DNA from: Asterias rubens
Taxonomy: Eukaryota
Assembly (NCBI RefSeq): GCF_902459465.1
Contig: NC_047066.1
Location: 19,468,001 to 19,532,000 of the forward strand
DNA length: 64,000 nt
Reading direction: 5' to 3'
Shown here: in pieces, positions 25,301 to 37,528 of the stretch
Layout of the letters: each line of letters begins with the position of its first letter
Numbering within the stretch: the stretch's first letter is position 1
Notes under the pieces: model-generated
Told to the model about the DNA's origin: nothing
Seen by the model: the letters and a program-made list of their open reading frames with translations, nothing else
Databases searched by the model: none
Position numbers and translations under genes: made by a program

Positions 25301-28300
25301 ATCTTAGTCTTATTAATAAAGCGTGCTTCCATATAGTTAGCATTTTAGTCAGTTTGGATAAAGGAACCGACATTATGGAAGCATTGAGGGTTGTTGCTTG
25401 GTTAGGGCGTGTAAACAAAGGTTGACCTAAAGAAGCTCTCTGGACAGCAGTTTTTTTTTCAAATTGACTTACCAACCAGCCTTTGTCACCTTCCATATCA
25501 CAGTAGACCTCTTTCATGCCTATATGTGAGTTTATACCGATGTTGTAAGGTCCACTTGTAGTGCTACCGGCATCAAACCAACTTCGACAGTCGGCATGTT
25601 CTGGGAACAAAAAACAAGATGCAGTAGAGTTTACGGGAAACATTTGGCATACAAACAAAATAAGTACATTTCGGAAAAGTAAAAGCAACACATATAGACT
25701 GTACCTCGCGCAAATTCAAGTTCTTGTATGACATCACTTTTTTTTTACTTCACTTGTTAGCACGAGTTTCAAGGGAATCAAAATTCCTTCCCCAAACAGG
25801 GTAACGAAGAAGTTTACAAGTACAACATTCGCATAATCTCTACAGACATGGCAGAGCAATGACCAACTCAACCGTAGAGTAAAACTACACGTCTAGTTTA
25901 CCGTTTGACTTTATAGTAGTCATCGTGCTTTCTTCATGACAATCGAAATAGTCATGAATCTCCTCTACGTCATCGGTGAACAGCGGTTGGTCGGTGTAGT
26001 ATGGTTCATACGGTCTCTTGGGTGCCCGATTGACTCCCCCTGGTAGTATAACGGTACATGAGCATCGTTCTTGTTGGGTGAGAGGCATCACCCAGCGGAG
26101 TTTGCCTTCATGGTCAGGCTCTTGTTCAAAATAACACTTCTTCTTCGCTGTGACTGAGTGAAATAAAGAATATAGAAATTCTCGAAAAAATAGGCCTAAG
26201 TTTCTTTGAAACTGATGCATTACTAACTTGCATTCACTTGTTGTGCTTGAAAAAAAGTAAGAAAGTGTCGCAAACAAAACAATACTAGATAGAAAACCAG
26301 CCACTTTGAGAGGAAACCAAATGTAATGTCGTAATATTGAAGTGAAAAACACCCTTATCAAAAAACATCAGTGCAAAATTATATTGGTATTACTTAATTA
26401 AAAATTGAAGAAGGAAACAAGGACACGACGTTATTCAAAATGGATATAACCTGACCTTAATGGTACCTTAGGTCAGACGTACGGGCATATACAACAAACC
26501 AGTTACGTGATAGGCCTTGCCTTATGTTTTGTATTAAAAGGCCAGTAAACACAAGCCTGGTTGCCTATTGTTGAGAATTAGACACGGGCAAACTGAAGCA
26601 GAAAATTTCATTAGCGATTTTGAATAGGTACAGAAGCGACGAGTAGCTAAAAATAACACATTATAAATTAATATGCTGGCCAAATACATAAAGCTGCTAG
26701 CAGAAAATTCTGCTTTGCTAAGTAAGAAATAAAGGAGGTACCAATTGCAGCAATGGAAAAAGTACGGTATTCTGGCTGGTAATAATGTTTTGCTAAGCAC
26801 GAGGTTTCTGTGTTCAACAAGTTTTAATTGAAGGCCCATTAACACCAGCCTGGTTGCCTATTGTTAAGAATTAGACACGGGGGAAACTGAAGCAGAACAT
26901 CTTGTTATGCGATTGTGAATAGGTGCAGAAGCGAAGGGTAGCTAAAAATAACGCTTAATTAGATCCCAAAATCAAAATTGGCCCCATTTTCCATACTAAT
27001 TGTCTGTTCTCGTGTTTTTGGACCTACTTTGTAAAATAGTTATTAAATAAAGGGAGGGTCCTGATAGCTTTGTTCCGTTTTCAACAGACGGCTGGTTAGA
27101 AATAAAAACTTGTATTAGTAGCTTTCAGTTAAGATTATGCTGCTCTGATGATATCTTGAAATTTTCACATTTCTTGTGTCTGAATTGAAGTAAGGGGTGG
27201 TAGTGTAACTACTAATTAAAAGGGTAAACAAATTAAATTTGTAAAACGAAAACAATTGTGTTGAATTTACTTTAATATCATAATAAATGTATAGTTGAAG
27301 GAACACAACGCGTTTGGATTTGGATAAAGTTTAATAACAAAATATACTGCAGCTTCCGATAGTACAAAGCATTGTAGAGACGTTTCATTCCAAAGTAACT
27401 TGGTCATATATAGTTTTAAGTCCTTAAACTTGAATATTATCATTTGGGTGTTACTCAAATCAGTAACGCTTCCCAGATCGCGTATCCCTAGTGGAGTAAT
27501 GGTTTTGTATTCTTCCTGCGTGGACATAATTCGCTCCGGATTTTCGGCGACATCTCAAAAACGAGACCACCTTTTTAAATGATCACATAGATCACATGGT
27601 TTATACATCTACATTTATCTATGATTAAAACAATCGAGCGATTCTATGTTAATAAAAAAAACTCACTTTAGGTGCCTATTGCTCATGAGTGTTGCTCGGC
27701 CCTTATCCTTTTATTGATGACGTCATGGCTAATATTTTAACCACATTGCTTACTTTTGTTACTGAGTTTTTGTGAAAGACATCTTTTTCTCACTAAAATA
27801 TTTGAATTGAATTCGACATCTCAGATTTGGTCTCGAATTCAAGGCATCTGAAAGCACACAACTTGTGTGACAAGGGTGTTTTTTTTTTCTTCCATTATTC
27901 TCTCGCAACTTTGACGACCAAATATTGAGTCAAATTTTCACAGGTTTATATTGTATGCATATTATTTAGATACATCAAGAGAGAATACTGGTCTTTGAAC
28001 GTTACCAAAGGGTCCAGTGCACTGGACAAAGGCACTCCAGGGCCTTTAAAAAATGTCCTCAATTTTTTTTATCTGCCTTGTATATAGCCTAACAGTGGTA
28101 CTGCATATACAAGTTCGTGATAAATTTTTTCTCACCTTGGTGATGCACGCATTTTCCAAATTCATCCACCCGCATTCCAACACATCGGTTGAGCATATAA
28201 GTTTAAAAATTGCACATTTGTACGTTAGATCATTTGCAATTACCAAAATATGTAATGGCTTTAAAGTTAATGTTCTTACCTGCATGAATAATTATGAGCA

Positions 28301-28328
28301 AGAGCAAGACGGTTCGCAGAAAGTCCAT
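22324..28328 (-). CDS. P4: secreted fibrinogen-related protein with nested discoidin domain, 473 aa, intact
   Basis: Exons 28280-28328 (MDFLRTVLLLLIIIHA), 25902-26153, 25473-25600, 24991-25252, 24451-24785, 23013-23151, 22324-22580 total 1422 nt, open frame, same intron phases as P2. Confidence 0.9.
24238..24357. mobile_element. Palindrome of about 120 bp (core of a foldback-type element) in P4 intron 5
   Basis: GGTTTTCAACTAGTGGTTTAA.CCC..CGAGGCCTGGTTCTT...AAGAACCAGGCCTCG..GGG.TTAAACCACTAGTTGAAAACC. Confidence 0.8.
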
Positions 28329-29517
28329 GGCGTGTAGGGTACGAGTGTCTTTCATCCAGCGGTACTGATTATAAATAAAGGCTGGTCATAATAGGCAGCC
28401 TATGCCTATCACAACTGCCACGCGTATTTTTGTTAGCAACTGCTTATAGAATTTTGTTTGAAGGCCAATCAAAACAAGCCTGATGTCTATTGGTGAGAAA
28501 AAAAGGAAAAAAAACCAGCAAACTAGAGCAGAAAATTTCATTAGCGCTTGCTTGGGAATTGCAGAGGTTACTTAATTTGTCATTAGGTGCAGACACACAT
28601 GGTTACTGCCTGATAGGTGGATAATAACGTTCGACTGGTTTCGAAACTATGGTTTAGCCTATGCATAAATGATGATTTTTTTTCGAGTTCTTTACTCACG
28701 ATCAAGACAGTGCACAGATATGAAAAACATGTAGCGTTCCTTTTCTTTTAACGATAACAAAAAGACGAGCTCGAGATTGAACTAGTATGTTTATAGATTC
28801 TAGTGGTTTTAATCTCGAACACATATCACACTTATGACTATAAGACACAGTCTGGATTGTCTGAATGAAACCACAAGAGTTGTATACTTTTATTGTTGAC
28901 TTTGATAATTAATTGTACTGAATTACCTTATGACAACGTTGCTGTGCGTTTAGATGTGGTCAAATAATAAGAGCAATTTACAACAATTGATTCAAATTTT
29001 ATTATATACATGTACACGTGTAATTCTGTTATTTTGTAAACTTATAGAAAATAGAATTGGTAATACAATAATAATTTGTATAAGTCGATTTTTTGATGCA
29101 GCGTACAGTTGCAGTGAATCGCAAATTGATCATTATGGTATACGCAGTGAAATCAAGAGTTTGACTGGCTCTACGTGTATGTGTGCAATATTAAATAATA
29201 ATTATGATAATTAATTAACAACTTACTAACACAAATGGGATACCATAACAATAACGCCACATACATCATTTTTGCACCAGAGTGACCCGATTTTTTTGGT
29301 CAATACCAACGTAGGCCTATCTTTTGAATCAACATTTTATCTTACTAAATACAAATTACGTGCAATTCAAATTTAAAAAGTAAACTAACCATCTGTGTGA
29401 ACTTTTAAAATAAGGGATAATGTAATACTCAGCTACTAGACGAATAATATTTTGTAGTATTCCAAAGATACATAACTCAGCTATTCAAGTTAGAGTACAA
29501 GTAGCATTCCGTCCATT

Positions 29518-32500
29518 TTAATTGCGACGCATTTTCATTTCTGTCTTTACGATCTGTCGTCCCGGCCAAATGGACGACCGAATACCGCGATACTCGGTAC
29601 CCGAAGCGTCCACTCGATGCGAATATTCGCCGTTCAGGTTCGATTCTACGGCGCAGTCATTAAACCACCAACCTGCTTTGACGAGACCTGTAAGGTTTTT
29701 AACGTCGTTGTTGTCATTGTCATTGTCATATGTTGAGAAATGACGGCCATTCAACGACTCAAAATAGCTAACTGAAAAAAGAAAAGGGGGAAAAGTAAAG
29801 AAAGTAAAAAAATGTGTTGATATTCATCAGTTTCAGAGTCATTTAAAGTCATTCACGATAATTTGATCAAATCAATCTAAATGGTACCCATGCAGGAAAT
29901 TGGATTTTGAAAAAGTTTCTCTGTTTAGCATCTTCATCATTGTATGTTCGTAAAAAAAAAAAATCGTAATGCGCGGCCCTATTATGTACTTAATTAAACA
30001 ACTGATATTGTATAAATCGTGAAAACAAAACTTATGTATAGCACATTACCTTTGCAACCAATGAGCTCAATCCGCATTGACGGCCATTCGTGATACGCTA
30101 TCGGTCTGATGCGAATGTACCGTGCTTGAACAGGCTCGTTGAACATGCTTGTAACGGGGGTGAAACTGTCGGTGTTGCCATCGAATTTCTGTTAAGAAAG
30201 TGAGCGGTGGTAACACTCAGTCGAGATGGCACATTCTTCACTGTTCTCTAAAAAAGTGCAATGCCCTGCGGAACCAAAGCCCTTGGATATCCTTAACTAG
30301 ACCGTAGGATCGGTATCTGGTCACAAAGTTGTGTAATTATTGTGTTTATAGGGTGAAATGTTCACTGCTTTGTGCACAAAATTGTACGGATTATACCGAC
30401 CACTCTCGTAGCAAGCGACCGGTTCTGAGGATTCTCACTTCCTTCCCCGCCAATACAGCCTGTTCTTTATCAAAGCTAAATGGGTAGCCAGTAACTAGTA
30501 AAGTCTTTTTGCAATTGTGTGGTTCTTGGGGTTAAGGCTTGTAATGTTTTGTTGATTTACCAACAACTTACAACACGAGACAAATGCAATGATCACGACC
30601 AAATCATTTAAAACAAAAAGTAAAGAAAAGTGAGATGCTCGGCCAACACGAGTCAAACTTAGCCGGCATCGCTGAATGAATTCTGTTTTCTGACTTTGGT
30701 GTTGGTTTTTCAAAACACGGTTAGAAAATAATTAGTGAACAATTATTGCATAAAAAGTATAGTTAAAAAAGATCAAATAAAATATAAAACAGCAGAACAA
30801 TTGAATAATTTGGAAAGCTAGGTGACAGCAAACTAATACCAGGTAAACTGTTATTGTGTGGTCTGAGCATTACCGGACACATGGTCACATTACCGAGAAT
30901 AATACATTCACCTGATCAGTCTGCTGCCACCTAGCGTTCAAAAAGTGCCCAATTGGAATTTAAAAAAATATTTGTTTTATTTAGTGTATTGGTCTTACTT
31001 GAGCAAGATCCTGGGATGGCCCACCACCAACGTAGTGCCACTTAAGCTGGTCGCAGCCGTACTGCACCTTGAATACCGTCACCCATCCAGTAGATCCTGA
31101 GGAACAAAAGCCCCCCTGTGTAATGACACCTACAACCTTTGTTTGTTGATTCAGTTCCTTCAGATCGACCTGAAACCAAGGTACATGCATGTCGTCAGTT
31201 TGAGGGCACCAACAACCTCCAGCGTGTAGCCGTCCCTTTTCATCCTGTCCATAATCATACGGATCCCAGGGTAATTCAGACCACCAATCACTCGATGCCG
31301 TGATGCTAGAGTCAGGGATGATCCAGTCTTCCATTCCAAGTGGCTGTCTACAGAGACCATTACCTGAACAACAAAGTATGAGTGGCATTTGTTTTATATA
31401 AATTGGTATACTGCTTTCAAAGTTCAGTTTTGGCCGGCACATTAATGAAACTAAACACAAACGGCGGTTTAGTCAGCAGTCTCATGGATATTATGAAAAC
31501 ATACGAGATTGGCGTTGCGTCTTTCTTCATTCAATGTTGACAAATCTGATCTCATTGCATTTAGCCTATTCAATACAGTTTCAGAAAGCCTACCATTTAT
31601 AACCCAAGGGCTGCCAATGCTGATGGTGTACTTGTCTTCTGTGATGCGGAAGGGCGATGCGGTCAGAGTTGTTTGCAAACCATTTACATCAGTGGGTTCC
31701 ACAATGACCTCCCAAATAGATCCATCATCTACATTGGTCAACAGACGGAGCGCTTCATTTCCAAGCCAGAACTCACCGCTGAGGTTCCCAAAGCCTACTT
31801 TGTATTCGAGCCAGTTTCGAATGAAGTTCATAGACCCATCCTGGCGTCTTTGGAAAACCTTGAAATAAAACCAACAGAGGGCGGCATATATGTAATACAT
31901 CAGCGATATCTTACCCAAGATGGAAGCGCCATAATATGATCAAATAGAACCACGTGTAAATATTATGATCAATAGAACCACGTGTAAAAGAAACAGCGAG
32001 ATCTCAATCGTGAAAAAAAGTAACTATTATACAAAACATTGCAGTTTGACAACTGGCGATGCTTATCTGAATTTACCTGTCTATACCGAGAGATGAACTA
32101 ACTGATAGAAACCTCACAGTCTTCTAAATGTACAGATTTTATTTCACCATTTCAGAGGCGGACCCATGAATATTGCACGGGTTGGTTTAGGTGTGTCAAA
32201 TAATGCTATAACTAAACGGCAGACACGGCTCGTTTATGTACGAGTCAATGGAGAATTCCCTTGAGACAGCGGACCAGCCTATGTTGTAAAAAAAATCCAG
32301 CGGTTAAACGACCCTGCCTTGTACTTGTTGGAATCGGTTTACTTACGTTGTTTTATGTGATAGCAAACGCTTTTTATCGCTCAAAGTACCCAATCCAATG
32401 AAATTATGTCCCTTTTAAAAGCTTTAATTTAAATAAACGTTTCCTGAAATCAGGAAAACTCCTGAGAAATCACATTCCTGTATTTTAGGAAATACCCATG

Positions 32501-33787
32501 TCGGGTTGACAACTTACCAACCAGCCTTCACCATTGTCCATATCACAGTAGACTTCTTTACTGTCTCCATTACTCCATAGTATAGCGGTGTATACTCCAC
32601 TACTAGTACTTCCAGAATCATACCAGGCCTGACAGTCTGCATGTTGATAACAAATTAAAGAAGTACGTTTATGTTTTTGCTGGAATTCCGTTGACTTTAA
32701 CGGTGTCTTAAACTACTTGGTCAATGACTGTGTTTGTGGTTTTTGTCTATTTGATAGTCAAATACAGTTTCTCCTGAAATAGCTAGCCCCCTATTGTGGA
32801 TTATCCCCTAAGTACCTTATTAACCTTCGATCACGAGTCAAAGCGTGCAATAGTCAATGTACGGGGGTAGATTTACATGACTGATGCTGATAACAACCGA
32901 GATCTCAGTTTTGAATCAAGTCTTACTGTTTCCTTTATTTCACACCAAAATTCAGCGAGCACCGCACATTTAAAAGAAAAACATTACAAACGAGACAATG
33001 TCGTGTACTGGTCCGAAACAGCGAATTCGGCTACAGCTACGAGATCAGCACGTCCGTCAGTGTCGAAGAATACGAAGCAGACGCGCGCGATCCAGCCGAG
33101 CTCTAGCCGAAGTCACAGTTTATATTATGCACAACAGAGTTAAGTAAAGAACCAACTCGACCATAGATTTAAAAATCTAAAACGTTACCCATGGTCTTTA
33201 TTGCAGTCGCTAGAGTACTTTCCTCATCAAGGCACCCGAAATAGTTGCGAACCACCTCGACGTCATGAGTGAACAGCGGCTGATCAGTGTAGTTTGGTCT
33301 ATACGGTCTCTCGGATGTCATTGTGTTTACTCCCCCTGGTAATAGAACGGTACATGAGCAGCGTTCTTTATGGGTAGTGCCCGGCATCACCCATCGAAAT
33401 TTGCCTTCATGGTCTGGCTCTTGCTCAAAATAGCATTTCTTTGCTGTGACTGGAAACAGGTACAAACATTGAACTGAATAACAGAATGTTATAGGTCAAT
33501 TGTAAACAAAAGTGTAGGCTCGCATAATGGTTAGTGAAATAACTTTTGCAGCAACGAACACTACCATTTCAGTTCACTTAAGTGGCACGAATAAGTAGCC
33601 TTTCTGAGCGAAAAAGCAGTCGGACGCGTGTAATATAACTTTTAAATTCAATTCCAAATATGAAAAAAAAAAACATTTTTGCAGAAACAACAACACCAAA
33701 CGTAATAATAATAGTTCATGTCTATGAGATGCTACTCTTACCTGCTTGAAGAAGGACCAAGAACACGACGGAACAGAGGATATCCAT
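29518..33787 (-). CDS. P5: most divergent complete FReD/discoidin paralog, about 482 aa
   Basis: Exons 33742-33787 ([15 protein letters not shown]), 33189-33449, 32518-32636 (acceptor inferred, shifted 9 nt), 31594-31858, 30999-31363, 30050-30188, 29518-29771 total 1449 nt, open frame. Confidence 0.82.
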
Positions 33788-35954
33788 GGCGGTCTCACAT
33801 CCAATGGCAACTGATGGGTTTGTCACAGAGACAGGCAAGGACTGTCTCGTAAACTACCCTATGTTAATTTTACTTGCTACTCATACCATTTTGGTTAGTT
33901 TGACGGCCAATCAATACCACTCTGATTGAAAGTTGATGAGAAAAAAAGGAAGCAACTGAAGTGGAACACTTCACGCGTCTATCTGGTAGTTTCTTTAAAT
34001 CTCAATACCTGCAATACCGATGGCCAGCTTGAAAAAATATATTTTTTTGCTCTACATGTTAGTATAGCTTTATCTGTTTCATATGGAATGGAGAACGAAA
34101 TTGGTGACAATCATTTAGCGGCCTCGCTCGATAACCACCGATCTATACCATTTTAGTTATCTCACACTCTTCTCCACGCTCCAAAAAGGAAACGTTTCAT
34201 GTCAAACGATCTTCCTGTAATATTATGGCTTTAAAATACATCAAAGATATACATTTACGTATAAATATTCACTATTTTGAGGAATAAATCGTGAAACCTT
34301 TACGTAAAATGTATATGTTTCATGACCATTCAAAGCCACCATACTATTTATATAAACATCCACTTTCTTAAAATATTAACATTTTCAAGAAGAGACTCAA
34401 ACACAATTGTTCTTTCGCGATTTCTATTTAATTTGCTGGACGTGTGGTGTCGTAGTAGTTGAAAAAGGGTGATAGTGAATAATAACAATAAATACATATC
34501 AAGTCATAAACAGCAATAGTACAGAAAAGTATAAGGCTAATAGATTTGAACGATAGCACGATATAGTGAGAGAGCTTTCCATCCCACCCAATCAAAATGA
34601 TTAAAATAACAACCAAAGTACTGCGCTGTGTAAAACTGCTTTTGCAATCTGACTACCTATGCTCACTGCCCTCGAGTGTTGATCAGCCTTTATTAAAAAA
34701 AGGCCCGCATAGCCTGCAAATTGTTGATCACTTAAAAAACGGAAGTTGGGCATCTGCATAATATCTCCTCAATGTCACTATAGAGCCCGGACGCAAATGC
34801 ATTAAGCTCAAGCACAATGCTTACTTATTTCTGCTAACCACAGCAGGGCACCAGACTGTTTATTAGAAAATAATAATAATAACAATCGTTATCTGTTTCT
34901 GCTAAGCAACAAATTGTGGTGCCAAGTAATTTGTAAATGTACGATAATTCGGTCTTGCTGTGCTGCATTGCTTGTATGCTGAGATGAGGTGCAGCTACTA
35001 AAAGGCTGTGCAGGCGATCCTGGGGAACAACTCCCGTAAAATTGCACGACAGTAAAATTACTGAGTGTCTCCCGTTATCAAACCCTACGTCAGTCAATCG
35101 TGCTGTTTCGTCACATAACCAATATCACATAAATTTCAAATTAAAACTAACATGAGATCGGGTTATTATAAACACATGAGTTCTAAGAGTGCTTTCTATA
35201 ATGTTACGCAAATGTGGATGAATATATTTTACTAATTTAGAATAATAATATTTAGACAAAGATTTAATAGACTACACTTGAAATAACATTGCTAAATACC
35301 AAATTTACAAAGATACCAATAATATTTCATACGAAGCTATTGTAAGATATTAATGGAAATCACTCGACTCTGTTAAAAATGTTAAGTTAATCTTGCTAAG
35401 TTTTCGCCAAAAACTATCTTCAGGTGATGTCTAAACTATCTAATAAATCCCCTAAACTACATAATCATCTAAACAGTAAATATTTTACTTACAGTTTTAA
35501 CTGGTTCAGTTACGTTTGGTAACTAGTGTATTCATAACTTTTGTATAGTAAGAGGTTCAACAGCTTCGGGTAGTGTAATGTATTTTGAGAAACATTTTAA
35601 AACTGCAAAATGTCACATTTTCTCCCCAAAACTTTGAATATAAGAAGCATTGCCGCATTAACGTTTCTCTGATTGTGTTTTCCTATTAGGGATTAGTCTC
35701 CCTGCGTGGACATAATTATTATTCGCTCCGGAGTTTTGGCGATGTCTCAAAAACGCGACCAATGAAATTTTACATTTTAGTTTTAATGTAAACAACTATA
35801 GGCCTACATTTTCTCAAGCTGCTCCTATACTATCAAAGGCTGCTGTATGAGTGATGACCAAACGTACACATACATGTTTTATGTAGGTACTTTCCTTTAA
35901 TTTAGTGTATGCTGATGAAGTCGAAACTTATCTCTCTTTTCGGTAATCACTTAC

Positions 35955-36692
35955 CAGCCAGCCTGTTGTACCAATCATTTCACAGTAGACGTCCAAAAGC
36001 TTTTGGCTGTTTGGGAGCGAAACGGTGTAGACACCACTCTCAGTATTACCTGCATCCAGCAAAGCCTGGCAGTCCGCAGGTTTGTCATCTAAAATCCAAA
36101 ATGTGTGAAACATAGACTTATATTACACAATATAGCAACAAACAACAGCAACGCAATAACCGACAGCAGCAGCAGCAACAACAACAGCATCAACAATAAC
36201 AATAACATAACAAAAAGCTAAAAAACACGTGTCTACTGATCACATAAAAACAATACGTAGAGATAAACTATAAAAATGCCCCTTTTTGAGGAAGCAAACT
36301 GATATCAAGGTAAAGAAATATTGTTGCCTCAAAAGCTTTGGTTGAATGCACCTTAAAAGCTTTTTAGTAAATTAACTAATCTGCATAAAGTCTTTTTCGT
36401 TTTTGTTTTAACCTAAATTGGTACCAAACCGAATTGCTGTTTTATTGGCTGTTAAATACTCACAGTGACAATTAAAATAGTCGTTAATCATCTCAACTTC
36501 GTCAGTAAACAGTGGGTGATCGGTGCGATAGGGTTCGATTGGTCTCTTGTGTGCCATTTTATTTAGCCCCCCCTGGTAATATAACGGCACAGGAGCAGCG
36601 TTCCTCATGACTGCCCGGCATCACCCAGTGGAGTTTGCCTGCATGGTTCGACTCTTGCACGAAATAGCACGTCTTTGGTGATCCATTGACAA
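35955..36692 (-). pseudogene. P6: remnant paralog, only exon 2 (36425-36692, +1 frameshift) and exon 3 (35955-36088) found
   Basis: KTCYFVQESNHAGKLHWVMPGSHEERCSCAVILPGG, then a frame change at a 7-base homopolymer (36567-36573) into LNKMAHKRPIEPYRTDHPLFTDEVE. Exon 3 reads DDKPADCQALLDAGNTESGVY..VYCEM..TGWL. No exon 1 or exons 4-7 were seen nearby. Confidence 0.7.
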
Positions 36693-37059
36693 CTGCAAAC
36701 AAGATTGCTTGGAAACAGTGTTAAACAAAATAAAATAGCTTCGGTGTTTTGAAAAATCACGTGGAGTAGAACTGAAGAAAATTCTCGCCGACAGTTCCCA
36801 AAATTTCATTTCGTGTATCAAAACATCTATTGACATCACGGTCGGGCAAAGCATTTTGAGTTATTCAGATGTCACAAATTATCTTTTTCTTACCCGAAAA
36901 TATTGCAACATTAGTGCCGGTTATAGGTGCATTATTATTAATACACGCCCGGGCAACGCATTTAAAGTTATTCAGAGATGCAAACAATTTCCCGCAAGTA
37001 TTACAAATGCAGTACATAATTACTTCTGGAAAGCAAAAAAAAAAGAACGTTAACAATAA

Positions 37060-37528
37060 GGCCGGTGTCGCGTGCAATTATGTCTTCTATGCAATACTAT
37101 CCGGAAGACATTATTGCATATGCAATAATGTCCGCAGGACGGTTTTGCATTTGCAATCGTGTCCGCCCGGACGCTGCTGCATAATGCAATTGTGTCCGCC
37201 CGGACACATTTGCATATGCAGTTGTGTCCGCCCCGTGCAAAACCGTCCTTGCAGTAAATTAACGCCCTTGGTCGACGGAACACGTTCGTCGACGGAACAA
37301 GTGCATGTCATAAATGACATGGGAAATGTTCTGCCGTTGGGTATTCGCTGCAAAGTGAATATTCATGTTGCAATACGTAGGTTCAGTGCATGCACGCTCG
37401 CTTACGCGCGCACATACATGTAAAGTCACTGGATGGTTTTTGCATAGCCCCGGACAGGATTGCATAGTGCAAAAGTGTCCGGAGCGGACAGTATTGCATG
37501 GCGGACACAATTGCATCTGAAACCGGCC
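37060..37528. mobile_element. MITE with GGCCGG terminal inverted repeats (PIF/Harbinger, Tourist-like)
   Basis: TAA|GGCCGGTGTCGCGTGCAATT ... AATTGCATCTGAAACCGGCC|AAA, with internal TTGCAT/GTGTCCG subrepeats in both orientations. Confidence 0.7.
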
